A stretch of DNA of 64,000 bases. It comes from Podarcis gaigeae (taxonomy: Eukaryota). The notes under the pieces were generated by a model that did not search any database, was not told the DNA's origin, and saw only the letters and a program-made list of their open reading frames with translations. This document shows, piece after piece, positions 37,589 to 61,600 of the stretch (positions are counted from its first letter, which is position 1; every line of letters starts with the position of its first letter). Both the position numbers and the translations under genes were made by a program. The DNA lies in assembly GCA_964106915.2 (NCBI GenBank), contig OZ066923.1. One strand, given 5' to 3'.

Positions 37589-37626
37589 AATAATAATAAT
37601 AATAATAATAATAATTATTATTATTA
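37589..37626. repeat. (AAT)n/(ATT)n microsatellite, probably the tail of a short retroposon fragment
   Basis: aataataat...attattatt following gcccagagtggctgggga. Confidence 0.8.
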
Positions 37627-38427
37627 AAACCAACCATGGAAATCAAGTCCCTTCAAGCCTCAATTCCACTTAGCATATGAACTTGCCTTCTTGCTGCTCC
37701 ACAGCATCCCATGGCTGGGCGATTACCTCCTTCCGTCTGCCATGTGGACCACCTGAGGGCTGAACGTCGCAGCAGTTGCCAACTGCGTTCTGGTAGGAAG
37801 AAGGGGATGGACCTCCTTTATATCCACCCAGTAGCATTATTGCTTTTGTGACATCATAGGCAGTCCACAGCCAATGGCAGTAGCTGTGGAAGCATCATCA
37901 TGACCTCAGCAAGACCTCACAATGGTGGGTGTGGTTCAGCAGCCTTTATCTGCACTGGTACCAGAGAAGACATTTTGATACCCAAGGCAGAATCCAGCCC
38001 AATGGCTGCATCCCCTTATAGTGACTATTCCAGGGGCTGAGTGCCAAGAGTGGGTGAAATAATGTTTTTTTAAAAAATAAAAAATAAACAAACAATAAAA
38101 TTGAAGTGAAAATAACCAGTGTAGATGATAAACCAACAGGGTACAAATTAACAAACTGACAGGAATGAAACATTGGTAAAGGCCTGGTGTCATGAACAGG
38201 TTAGAGAGTCCAAAGTGCGGGCAAAGGAGGCAGGAAGATGATCCAGGAGAAAGGACCGGTGATTTGTGGGGTTCTGTGCCATCCATGAGGCAGGGGGAAG
38301 AGGAAGAGGCCTGGCAGTCAGAGACAGGAGAAAAAGCTGCAGGGAGGCACAGAGGTGGAAGAGACAGTCCCAAAGAGAGTTGGGCCATTAAAATCTCCTT
38401 TGTCCTTCTCCCACTGTCTGTAATATA

Positions 38428-38800
38428 AGTAAAGGTAAAGGACTTCTGGACGGTTAAGTCCAGTCAAAAGCGACTATGGGATTGTGGCGCTCATCTCGCT
38501 TTCAGGCCGAGGGAGCTAGCGTTTGTCCACAGTTAGCTTTCCGGGTCATGTGGCCAGCATGACTAAACCACTTCTGGAGCAACGGGACACCGTGATGGAA
38601 ACCAGAGCGCACGGAAACACCATCTACCTTCCCGCTGCAGCGGTACCTATTTATCTACTTCCACTGGTGTGCTTTCGAACTGCTAGGTTGGCAGGAGCCG
38701 GGCAGAGCAACAGAGGCTCACCCTGTCACAGGGATTTGAACCACCGACCTTCCGATCAGCAACCCCAAGAGGCTCAGTGGTTTAGACCACAGCGCCACCT
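38428..38800 (-). mobile_element. Sauria SINE
   Basis: Same structure as the other copies. Confidence 0.9.
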
Positions 38801-39709
38801 GCATCTGTATCTGAATGCAAACGGCATGTGGAGGTAGTGGGGCAGAAGAAACAATGATGTTTGAATCTGCACACGGGAATATCAACTAAAAGAGGAGCTC
38901 TCACAGGATCCATGAATCTACATTTAGGGTGTTTATCCTTCTGGCTGAAGTAAGAACTGTCCTGTTTATAATAACAGGATTCCTTCAGATTTAAATATGC
39001 TGTTTGTTTCCATCAAATATCTCCAGTCAAATTAGGAGAATGCAATGAAAGGAAGAGGTGTAAATCAAAGTCGACAGCAAACACTTTGGAGATTTCCACA
39101 CCATTACATTTGGATTTCCCCCCTTTTATGCCTCACAACAATAGAGACATTTCTTTGTATGACAGAGTTAATGTCCTCCATTCCCTTTTCCCACAGCATA
39201 AATCCGCAAGAGGACACAAACAGAGTGAAGTCATTTGCAAATGAAAACAAAATGGTCAAATAAAGTGAAAACAGGACAACCCCAAAGGGCATTTTCTTGA
39301 TCAACTTTAATTCATCCATACATCTGATTCTAAAACCAGATTTAACAAATCTAGCCCTGTGGGCATTAGTGAAAAATGCAGCCTTTTAAAGTATCTGTTT
39401 AAACACATTTGATTAGTATTCAGCCTTTGTAAAATATTTTTGTGTAGGAGAGATGGCCAAAGCAGGATCTAAAATGTGACATGTTGACACAGTTGCCAGA
39501 AGTAAAGTTTAAATTGCTTTAAGCGATTTCAGCATCTGTAGTTGAGATTTAAAAACCAAATTGCCTGGAATTCTCTCCTTTCCACTGTGCAAGTGACAAA
39601 TTCCAGACTTACAGCGCAGCTCTGCATAAGTTTAACCTGTAAATCCCATTCATTGGACCATGCGCACTTACATGGCAATAAGCCCCACTGGAATTTGTTG
39701 ACTTCTGGG

Positions 39710-40145
39710 TAGGGATGGAGGAGAACTTTGATTCAGTACACATTTAAAGCCTTATCTATTAAATTTGCACTTGCCAAAGCAATACGAGAACCAAAACACA
39801 GATATCCTACAAAATTCAGACTCGGCCAAACTTTGCGGTGCAGTTCTCCAACCAAATAATGTTTACATAATAATGAACGTGTTATGGAAAAGTGTGGATA
39901 CAATAGTGAAAATAACATATGAAAACACCTATACATAAGGGAAATGCTTGCAAAAATGTGTACATTAGTTAGAACATACAAAAATATGTTTATTTGGAGA
40001 AACCTGCACTAAAAATGTGGATGAATTTCCATGAGGATTTTTTAGAAAAGATTCACAAATTGCCACAGAAATGGAAAGAACTTAATTTAAGGTTGGAAAA
40101 CTGAGAAACTGGGAGAACTGAAAAGGACAGATCCTTCCATCCTTA
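39710..40145. mobile_element. hAT non-autonomous element (relatives at about 15400-15946 and 52110-52475)
   Basis: TAGGGATGGA ... TCCATCCTTA; TSD cttctggg/cttctgag. Confidence 0.75.
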
Positions 40146-40548
40146 CTTCTGAGTAAACCATGCATAGGATTGCACAGTCAAAGGATTTTTTTATTATTAT
40201 CACTGCCTACCTATAACGCAACACAAACTCTGAGAAGCCAAGACTCCCCTTTCCATAACTACTGCTCAGAAGAAGGGGAAATCCAGTTTGCAGTGAATAA
40301 TTTGGGTTCTTCCCTTTCGTATTAGTCTGGTATCCTATTCCCTCCACTAAGAAATGTGCCATTGGAAGAGCACGGTAGGTGAGAACAATGATGCACATAC
40401 CATTCTTTGAAAAGTGGGGCTGCTCTGGGAGGGCCACCATCCCTGAGACAGCTTCACCTCCTGCTTCGCCTTCAGCTCCTTGAGAAAAATTCTAGTCCAG
40501 AGATTTAAAATACAATTCCATGCATTTTTAGCCCCAAGTTTAATGGGG

Positions 40549-40554
40549 TTTATT
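40549..40554 (-). terminator. Candidate poly(A) signal of nothepsin
   Basis: First minus-strand AATAAA I found after the stop at 41015, with ATTAAA immediately downstream (40539-40544). Confidence 0.5.
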
Positions 40555-40562
40555 CGCAAGTA

Positions 40563-40804
40563 CAGTGGTACCTTGGTTCTCAAACTTAATCTGTTCCGGA
40601 AGTCCACTCAACTCCTGAAACAGTTCAAAAACCAGGGTGCGGCTTCCAATTGGCTGCAGGAGCTTCCTGCACTCAAGCAGAAGCCGTGTCAAACATTCAG
40701 CTTCTGAAAAACATTCAAAAACTGGAAAACTTACTTCTTGGTTTTCAGCGTTCGGGAGCCGATTTGTTTAACAACTAAGCCATTCGAGAACCAAGGTACC
40801 ACTG
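40563..40804. mobile_element. Tigger-like MITE in the predicted nothepsin 3'UTR
   Basis: TA-CAGTGGTACCTTGGTTCTC ... GAGAACCAAGGTACCACTG-TA, a perfect 19-bp TIR. Confidence 0.88.
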
Positions 40805-41014
40805 TAAGTGGCTACAGGGTTGCAACCTACGACTGCTTTCCTATTCCCACATAGAGAAAAAAAACACTGATTTACTTCCAAGTCGATCAAAGAATTTTCA
40901 AGTCTTCTTTAACACTGCCTCTTCCCCTGCCCCTCCTTGTCCAAATCAGTTGGACTCATTGCACCTAGGACAGGTTTACTGGCGGGATGCAAACCGCTGT
41001 CAAAGCATTTCCCA

Positions 41015-52871
<11,857 letters not shown>

Positions 52872-52920
52872 GGTTTCAGCTGGAAGTGGAAATAAAGCTG
52901 GCTTTTCTTCTCTCTATCTC

Positions 52921-52929
52921 TTTTATATA
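52921..52929 (-). promoter_or_regulatory. TATA box of nothepsin
   Basis: TATATAAAA on the minus strand, 50 nt upstream of the ATG at 52871. Confidence 0.7.
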
Positions 52930-53687
52930 CTTTGCTGGATCACAACCAGCTGTTTGCGGGGTCAGTCAATGACTGCAGGTCAGTTGCTTGGCAGGACATT
53001 TGTAATGTGCTGGACAAGGACCCGCCAATTTGTGTAAATACTGCAATCTGTTACAACATGGATGGGGAACCGGTGGCCCTCAGGTTGTTGTTGGACTCCA
53101 ACTCCCATCAACCCCAGCCAGCATCGCCAATAGCCAGGGATGCTGGGAGTTGGAGTTCAGCGACATCTAGGGGACCACATGTTCCCCACATCTGCATTAG
53201 AACACTCCAACAAGGGAGTGATGGAGGCAGGTAGTAGCAGTGCATGTGGTAGGGCTTGACGCTGGTGTGGTTGCTTACCTGAATGGGGCTGAAGTGCCAA
53301 TCAGGGCGAGACTGTGCAGTTGCACTGACAGGAATGCTGGACCGGCAGGGATGCTCCCACTGGTGCAACCACCCCACCCCAACCTCGCCACTATTGCCCT
53401 GCCCCAACGCTGTCCAAATAAGGAGCAGTGACAGAGGTGGATTTAGGGAAGCGTGACTGGTTCACCCGCACTGGTGAGAGGGCGCTGCAGGGGGGCTGAA
53501 ACAATGACTTATAATGAAAGTCTAGAGATGTGGATGGGGGTGTCAAATTTTGTTGTGTTGCGCAGGGCGCCGTTGAAGTTTGAAAGTCTGCGTCTAGTAG
53601 ACGACATTGTAAGGAGGTTGGCTGTGTCTCACTACACATGCCACTACCTCTTAAGAATAATGCGTCTTTTTCAGTGTGGACTAAGTA

Positions 53688-53916
53688 CAGTGGTGCCTCA
53701 GGTTACATACCCTGCAGGTTACAGACTCCACTAACCCATAAATAGTACCTCAGGTTAAGAACTTTGCTTAAGGATGAGAACAGAAATCACGCGGCGGCGG
53801 CGCGGCAGCAGCAGCAGGAGGCCCCATTAGCTAAAGCGGTGCTTCAGGTTAAGAACAGTTTCAGGTTAAGAACGGACCTCCAGAATGAATTAAATATGCA
53901 ATCGGAGGTACCACTG
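53688..53916. mobile_element. Tigger-like MITE
   Basis: Same family as 15469. Confidence 0.88.
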
Positions 53917-55341
53917 TAGTTATAAACCAGGTCTTACCATGTCCCCAGGTTTTCATAGGTGAACCTATGCAATTCAAACCCCTATAGAAAGATGAAGGGT
54001 AAATGGCCTCATCTGAAAGATTCAGCACCATAACAAGCAATTTGACCTTTCCTTATGTCACCTTTTCTCATTAGCTATTACTGAATTACTTACATTTAAC
54101 CTCTCCCCAAGGAGGCAGGTGCAAAGCTTGCACTCTAAGGCTGTGTCGGCACTATATACCTTTAAACCCCACTTGAAGCACATTCTTTCCCTCGAAGGAT
54201 TCTGGTTGCTGTAGTTTACCCCTCGGGGAGCTATAATTCCCAGCACCTCATAAAGAAACGACAGAGTCCAGAATTCATGGAGAGAGAGAAGGTGCTTCAA
54301 AGGTACAGTCTGATTGCAATCCAATTCATCAGTTCAAGTTATTCCTACAAAATGTATCGGAGATGGGGAATCTCAATCCTGGGGGCAACATTCACCCCTC
54401 CAGATTAGCTGTCTCCAGTTTGCACCTCTTCCTCCTCAGCCACACGGCCTCTCCCCAGGCCATGCCTCTCACTAGCCCTCTTTTGCACCCTCCTGGAGCT
54501 CAAGTGCGTCCTTGAACTCTGGCAATGCCTCTTCCTGACCTCTGGTTCTCCCCATCATTGGCATGTGGCCCCCAGAAGGCTGCTTGGAGAGGAATGTGGC
54601 CCTCTGAAAAAGCTTCCCTACTCCTGACATATATAACATGGAGCTGAGTAATCCTTGTGTCAAAAACTGTTGCTCAATGGCTCTGGCCTTCAGCTTGCAC
54701 ATCTAATGCAAGCAGCTTTGCAAAGACTTCAGGGCAAGACCAGTGAGTAACGGAGACTATACAGGCTCATCCCTTAGGGAAAATGGCTCACTGCCCCACC
54801 AAACCCAAACTTGGCCAGCTGCTTGCTTACAACTATAGCCCAAGGGGTAGCCTTGCCTATCGCTTCCCTCCTCCTCCCCAGTTTCTCTGTTCCCATTGTA
54901 AAACTCAGCAGGGACAAGGATGGGGTCCAAACGAATTTAGTTGGCTCTGTTTGTCATTGGCTGTGGCTCCACTTCCTGTTGGCCTCCCTGCCTTGCACTC
55001 CAGCAGTCCCAATGGGCACCAGTGGATGGAGTCACTGCAGGACCATTTGGGGACACAACCCGAGCTGAATCAGGATTCAGTCAACACTCACATCTGATCA
55101 CATGCAGAGGGCTACGTGAATCAGCTCTTGTTCTCTTGCAGACAAAGGTGCAACTACTGTCTGTCTCAAGACTTTCACCTCTGAGAGGTACAGCATCCTA
55201 CATTAACTGGTCTTCACCCCCCATCACTCATTAAGGTCCTCAAAAGTCCAGACTCTGGCTATTTTTTCATTGCCTTGATCTCATTAGCTCATTGCAAGGA
55301 GACTTTGGCTTGCCAACATAGTCACAAGGTGCAGCAATCTA

Positions 55342-55356
55342 AGGTCATTGTGATCT
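55342..55356. promoter_or_regulatory. Near-consensus estrogen response element
   Basis: AGGTCA-TTG-TGATCT against the consensus AGGTCAnnnTGACCT (1 mismatch), followed by TGATAA and an HNF1-like site. Confidence 0.55.
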
Positions 55357-56294
55357 GCATTGATAAGACTAGATTAATAGTTAAACTGTGAACCAGAGTT
55401 TTTACCCCATAATATATTTAAGTAAGTCCTAAATATGTTCCTTAACAACAAATAAATGTAAATAAGCATTCTGCATCCAGAAATAGCAAAATGTCATATA
55501 AATCAATGTCCAATTTAAGCAGTAGGATTTGCCTAATTGTGCCATGAAATTTGAAACCATCCATTCAGAGTCAAATTAGATGTTAAAAGTGTCTTTGAAT
55601 CCCATGCTTAAGACTCCCACATATTTTTTAACCAAAAGCAGCCAATGGAGTCCAATTCAGTTCAGGTTTGTGGTACAGGTGTAGGGTGGTTTACATCAGG
55701 TATACTAAAACAGCCGCACCTATCCAGAACGGGAATCTGTCACAGTTTAGGGCCAACAAGAATTGCTTGGCTGATGGTTGAACCCTGACTGAAGGCTATG
55801 GCTGAGAGCCCTTTAGCTTGTGCCAGAGGGCATAATATGTTACTTGCAATGAATAAACACTTACAGTAGATGACATTTACATAAATGAGTACTGAACATG
55901 CCTCTCTCTCATGTTACTAGCAAGTGACTATAGCATAAAGCACCATTAGAGCCGAGCCTTTAGAGTAGAGCATGCTAAGGGGAACATTGGGACTGTTTTG
56001 GAAAATATGTCTGATTAACCACTGTGCAATCTCAGAACTTCACCTCGGTGTTTTCTGCTGCTTTTGCGCACGAGAGCTATTCCAAGGCAATGCCTGTATT
56101 TCTCATCAGCAGACACTCATTCAGTTATCAGGAACATTTCAGGGCTCTTGAGATTCATGATTGTTGCTATGTGGACCATATATATTGCAGCAAGGAGGAG
56201 GGAACAGCACACAAAATAGAAGCCAGGCAGCTTCCCTGCTCCATAAGCCTGATTCACTAGCAAAGAACCAATGTAATTTTCCAAAGTTGTTAGG

Positions 56295-57125
56295 ATGGGC
56301 AACGCTTTCCGAACAGTCATTGCTTTCTTCCCATCAGATGCCTGCCAGAAATACATCCTGGGAGACCTTGAAGAGATGCCAATTGATAAAATGTTGGATC
56401 TGAGCAGCAGGCAGGTGAGGAGGTTCCCGCTGCACGTTTGTTCTTTCAGGGAACTGGTCAAATTGTACCTGAGCGACAACAATCTGAATCATCTGCCCTC
56501 TGAGCTAGAACAGCTGCAGAACCTACAGATCTTGGCACTGGATTTCAACAATTTCCAAACGCTTCCCCCGGTGGTGTGCACCTTGAAGCAGCTGTGTATC
56601 CTTTACCTGGGCAACAACAGACTCGGAGACCTGCCTGTGGAGCTGCGCCAGCTGCAGAACCTGAAGACGCTCTGGATTGAGTCCAACTGTTTGTATCACC
56701 TGCCCAACGTGGTGTGCGAGTTGAAGCAACTCAAGACGCTGCATGCCGGCTCCAATGCGCTGCACTCCCTGCCTGCCCAGCTGTGGTACCTGAAGGACCT
56801 GCGCAGCATCTGGCTCTCAGGCAACCTGCTGCCTGAATTCCCCCCCGTGTTGCTCCACATGCCATTCCTGGAAATTATCGACGTCGACCGCAACGTCATC
56901 ACTTACTTCCCCAGTCTCATGCACCTGAGCAGCTTGAAGCTGGTGATCTATGACCACAACCCCTGCAGAAACGCACCCAAGGTAGCCAAGGGGGTGCATA
57001 GGGTTGGGAGGTGGTCTGAGGAAAGCCCCGAACCTAGGAAACGCTCTGGTATGGATAGGGACAAAGGATCTGAGGACATCGACTCTATTCTCCCCCCTCC
57101 AGGCCATCTCAGTCTAGCCGAGTGA
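56295..57125 (+). CDS. LRRC10: Leucine-rich repeat-containing protein 10 (cardiac), single coding exon, 276 aa
   Basis: Intronless ORF starting MGNAFRTVIAFFPSDACQKYILGDLEEMPIDKMLDLS. Tandem LxxLxLxxNxL repeats and VIYDHNPCRNAPKVAKGVHRVGRW. Adjacent to CCT2. Confidence 0.96.
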   Translation: MGNAFRTVIAFFPSDACQKYILGDLEEMPIDKMLDLSSRQVRRFPLHVCSFRELVKLYLSDNNLNHLPSELEQLQNLQILALDFNNFQTLPPVVCTLKQLCILYLGNNRLGDLPVELRQLQNLKTLWIESNCLYHLPNVVCELKQLKTLHAGSNALHSLPAQLWYLKDLRSIWLSGNLLPEFPPVLLHMPFLEIIDVDRNVITYFPSLMHLSSLKLVIYDHNPCRNAPKVAKGVHRVGRWSEESPEPRKRSGMDRDKGSEDIDSILPPPGHLSLAE

Positions 57126-58577
57126 CAAAAATTTCCACTAGAACTTGTAAGTTTGCCGCAGGAGCCTTCTCAGACAGGGTGTTCATCACCAGATAAAGAT
57201 GAGAGTATCTGGACTGTGTTTTCACAGACTGTATAATCCAGTGTAAAGCTGCATGTGTTCGATTTCACTTGATTTCTACAGTATTGTGTGCATGCCCAGC
57301 TTGGTGAGTAATTTAAATATCTAGAATTAGCAAGATAAACTCTGAACTGTGACAGCCAGCTAACGTACCCCTTCTGATACCTGCAGCTCTTCTACAGAAT
57401 TCAGATGGAATAAAACCTAGAAACAAATCTTTGAGAAGGGGGAAAGGAATCCATTTAAAGATAAAAATGCAGGTGCCTTGCTTCTGTAATATTAAAACCA
57501 ATGCTACAGCACTAGCTCTGTGGTATTAAAGAAATTGTGTGTATTTTGAAGGCAGTTTGAAGATATTTCATCCTGCAAATGTATCTAGTACAGCCAAACA
57601 GGGAAATTCTTTGCATTTATCCTGATTTTGTGTGTAAATGAGAACTTTTAAGTTGGGGTTCACCAGTTACAAATCCAACTACATGGAGTCTATCTGCATA
57701 CCAGCTTGAGCGCTGCTCAGGGAAATGTAGAATGTGTAGAGTTAGGAGAGATAGGACCCCTAGCATAGTGTTCAGCACCATCAGTCTCTGGGGAAGCCAT
57801 GACTGATAGAAAAGCAAGATTTATAGATATGCCATTAGAATAGTTTGTTTCCATTTAACTATTTAACTCGGTGTTATCCAATTAATGAAGTACTGCAGAC
57901 CCCATTTTTCAAGTCAAGCTAATGACCCTCCTACTTTTGAAAATGTAGCTATTTCAGAACTCTGAAAGTAGACTACAGCCTACAAAAGCTCATGCCACAA
58001 GACATGCGGTCATAGTTAGAGTACCACAGAACTCTATCATTTGCTGCAACCAGCTAATACGGTTACTTCTTCCAGATTTTTTTTTTAACATGCCAACTAG
58101 AAATTAACTTTTTTTTGTCTTGGGGAAGTTATGTACTTGAACCTCCAATTCCAGCAAAAGCAGTGAGGTTTCAGATTACTTCCTCCTTGCCGAGATGTGA
58201 TAAACACACAACTAGCTAAGGTTTAGTGGCGTGTATTATCTTCATGAAATGTTTAATAAAAGGATCACACAGGATTTTTAAATACTAGCAGTAAACTTTG
58301 CTTTCATGATCAGCCACCTGCATATTATCTGAATTGTGCTCTCACTATTTCACACGTATGCATTCAAAGGTCTTTCCAATAAAAAGCGCAAACTCCAGTA
58401 CTATACCAAGGTAAATAGAAAGTCAAAACAGATTTGAAACTTTTATTATAGGGTACTACAAAGAGGATGGTGGGGAAGTATAGATGTTATACAATAAGAA
58501 TGAATTGGTCTTTTTGAAACAATATAATTTAAACCAACAAAAGAATGATCACATGCCAAGGATCGATATTCCATCCC

Positions 58578-58583
58578 TTTATT
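58578..58583 (-). terminator. Candidate poly(A) signal of CCT2
   Basis: AATAAA 75 nt after the CCT2 stop; a second one at about 58442-58447. Confidence 0.55.
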
Positions 58584-58657
58584 CATCAAATCGGTCTGAA
58601 GCGCACAACGTATTTTGCAAACTTCTGGTCCACGTGTTTTTACTGACCATGGAATAC

Positions 58658-58688
58658 TCAACACGGATAACGATCTGGTACTCTTTTC
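58658..58688 (-). CDS. CCT2: CCT2 last coding exon
   Basis: ttcttctttcag|G AAA AGA GTA CCA GAT CGT TAT CCG TGT TGA; AATAAA 75 nt downstream. Confidence 0.9.
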
Positions 58689-61600
58689 CTGAAAGAAGAA
58701 TCAGAATTCAGTACACGCAAATGTTGGGAGGAAAGAAGAGTCTCCAAGTTCATTGGAAGCCTAGAATGTAAGAACCTAAAAGTGTTTGTACATGTTTGTT
58801 GTTTAGTTCATCAGCAATCAGTCCACTCTTAATTGCCCAGGTAATCCCAGAGTAAGTTACAATGATATTTCAATTCATAACAGTAGCAGGCAGAGATAAC
58901 TACAAGTCAAGAGGGTAGGACCACTGTTCGGCCCACTACCACAGATGCCTAAAAGAGAGTTGGCACCAGCTGTATCTGAGGGGGAGGGAATTCGACAGAC
59001 AACCAACCCCAAGAAAGTCCTCCCTCCTGTGCTGTTTATCAGTCAATTAAAAGGACCTCCCCACAGATCTTCATGTATGAGCTCCCCACATGTTGGATCC
59101 CTCTGGCCAAGCCCTTCTGATTATTTTGAATCAGCCAAAAAAGGCAAGTGCCGAGAGGGTATGTTTCCAGTCCCGCTGCTTCAACTCCCTTGGCCACATC
59201 CTCAGGCCTCAAAACCTGAAACGGATCCTACTAGACCAAATAGGACACTGATAGTACCTTGATGGGAGTATATCCTATCTTAGCCAGTAGCATCAAATGT
59301 ACAACCGTAACAAAATTTCATAAACATAGAAGCATACCTATTATAAGGAAATTATAGTTCAAATCAATTGTTTTTCTGATAAAGATTGATTACGGCATTG
59401 TCTCGCAAGAACTGGGAAAGCTTTGGGTTTTACCTTGGAGCTGCTTTAATAATATCATCGACACGGAGAATCACCTCTGCAGCTTCAGCAGCACTCAGCA
59501 AAACTTGCCGTTTCACTTGAAAGCTTTCCACCACTCCCAGAGTTGCCATGTCTGCAATGGTAGCCTCCTTCATGTCTTCAAGAGATTAAAAAAAAAAGTT
59601 TATCAGTGTTAATAAGGCAAACATCCCATTTCCATAGCCGTTTTGCATTTTCTATCTTGGCACTGTTAAAATGATACTGATTTTAATTAAAGGTCTACAC
59701 ATTTTCAATTGGAATTTGCATTTAGTGAAATTCAGTCTTATGCCAGATTTTAATTTTCACTGCTGCTGTTGAATGTAAAGCACCCCAAAGCAGCTTCTAT
59801 TCCCACTGCAAGTATTTATTAGTCTTCGTTACACAAAGGTGTATTTTTTAAAAATAAAACATACAAACTATATATAAAAATCCTTACCAAGTCCATACGT
59901 GGTTTTCCCTTCAATATGAGCAGCTCGAAGCTGGGAAACCAAATCTGCACTGTCATAGCCAGCATTATCAGCAATGATAGTTGGGAGCTAACAAAATAAA
60001 GCAGGCTTGTTAGACCATTTGGCAAAGAACAAACCTGCAAACTACGTGCCAGTTGCAAAAATAAATAACAATAACACACATATAAGCGCTATTAGTTACT
60101 ACTGTACTATTGCACTATCCTTACTCAAAATATGTGTATCCTTGATGCAGAATCTGAATTTGTCAATACTAACAATCTTTGGCAATCCCTCCCATTCATT
60201 GAAGAGAAACAAGTTTACAAGAGAATCCCAGATCTCTGCTTAGGTCAGGGCTAGGGAACCATTATCCCTGACCACCAGCCACGGCTGATGGAAGGTGGAC
60301 TCCAACAACATCTGGAGTGCCACAGTCCTCCATTCCTGGTTCAAGGGAATCCTGCTACAATTGGTTTGGAGAGAGAGAAAGCCAACCCATGTTTTAGAAG
60401 TGGTTAGAAATAACACTATGTAAAGTCAGCCAAGCCAAAAGAAACATGGGAAAGGGCCTAGAGGAAGATAGGTAATGTTACTGTTCCTTGGTTAACAAGG
60501 GCACAATTTGGTTGCATGAGCCACAAACCTGAAAACTACCATCTCAAAAGACTTTGCAATGACCAACAAGCAGTAAATGTCGTTCGGGTGCTCAGCCTCC
60601 TCCTCATAATTACTAGCTTTCCAGAGCACTATGCTTCATTATACAGGTAGTAAAGAGAACCAAACACTAGTTTACCGTGCTCAAGGCCTTAGCGAAAGAC
60701 TCCATTGCTACGGATTCCTTGCCTGGTGTCCTCTTTGCAAGCTCCCAGACAGCATTAGCCATTAACATCTCTGAGCAGCCTATGTGTTAGGAAACAAACA
60801 GACACCTTGTAACTAACCTGAGCAAGTATTAAAGTTAAACTTTCAATTGCTGGAGTTAAAATAAGATCACTGTATATTTACCTCCACCATACACCGTTCT
60901 AGTATCTTTTACAGTCTGGGCAAGAACACAGAGTGCATCATGCAGAGATCTTTCCGCTTCATCTATGATCTGTTGTGTTGCACCACGCAGAACTACGGTG
61001 CATGCTTCACCTAAAAGGTATAAAAAGGTAAGGAAAAGCAATAAAAATATTTCCAACAAAATCCTGTCTCCTACATATAAAAGGACATTGAACCTGCTGC
61101 CCTGCTGTCTATCAAGCCAAATCCTAAAGCCGCATAGTGTTGACTGGTTGTTATTATTATTATTAATTATTGTTAAAATATGTGTACCACCCTTCATCTG
61201 CAGATCTCAGGGCAGTTCACTATATAAAAGCATAAAAACAAGAAACAGCAATAAACCAATAACCCCCCTCCCCCCACTAGATGAACTGAGCTACCAGAGA
61301 TGATTGCTCTGTAGCTGCTCTTGTTGCATATTCAGGCATTTCCCTTTGCATACTTGCAAAAGGTGTTATTCTGTCTCAAGGTGGTAGAGGTGTTGGGGTC
61401 ATTGCTCTTTCCATGTGTGGGTAACATATGAGCACTGCTGCTAACCACCATCCCTGATAGTTTCCAGGGACGTGCCTGTTGTTTTTAAAATTTTCAGACT
61501 GTGGGTATCTTCTCCTCCCTTCCTTGGGTAAAGCATGAATGCAAGGTGGCAGCTGCTCCACAGACACAGCAGTGGACGGTAGCTGGTGCATATGATTGTT

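Noticed and set aside
52959-52975. GGTCA...TGACT as a canonical ERE
   Set aside because: The spacer is 5 bp (1 bp for the inner palindrome), not 3 bp; kept only as a half-site cluster.
58446-58490. PHHPL-encoding stretch as an alternative CCT2 last exon
   Set aside because: It lacks a matching acceptor and the KRVPD context. The exon at 58658-58688 fits both phase and sequence.
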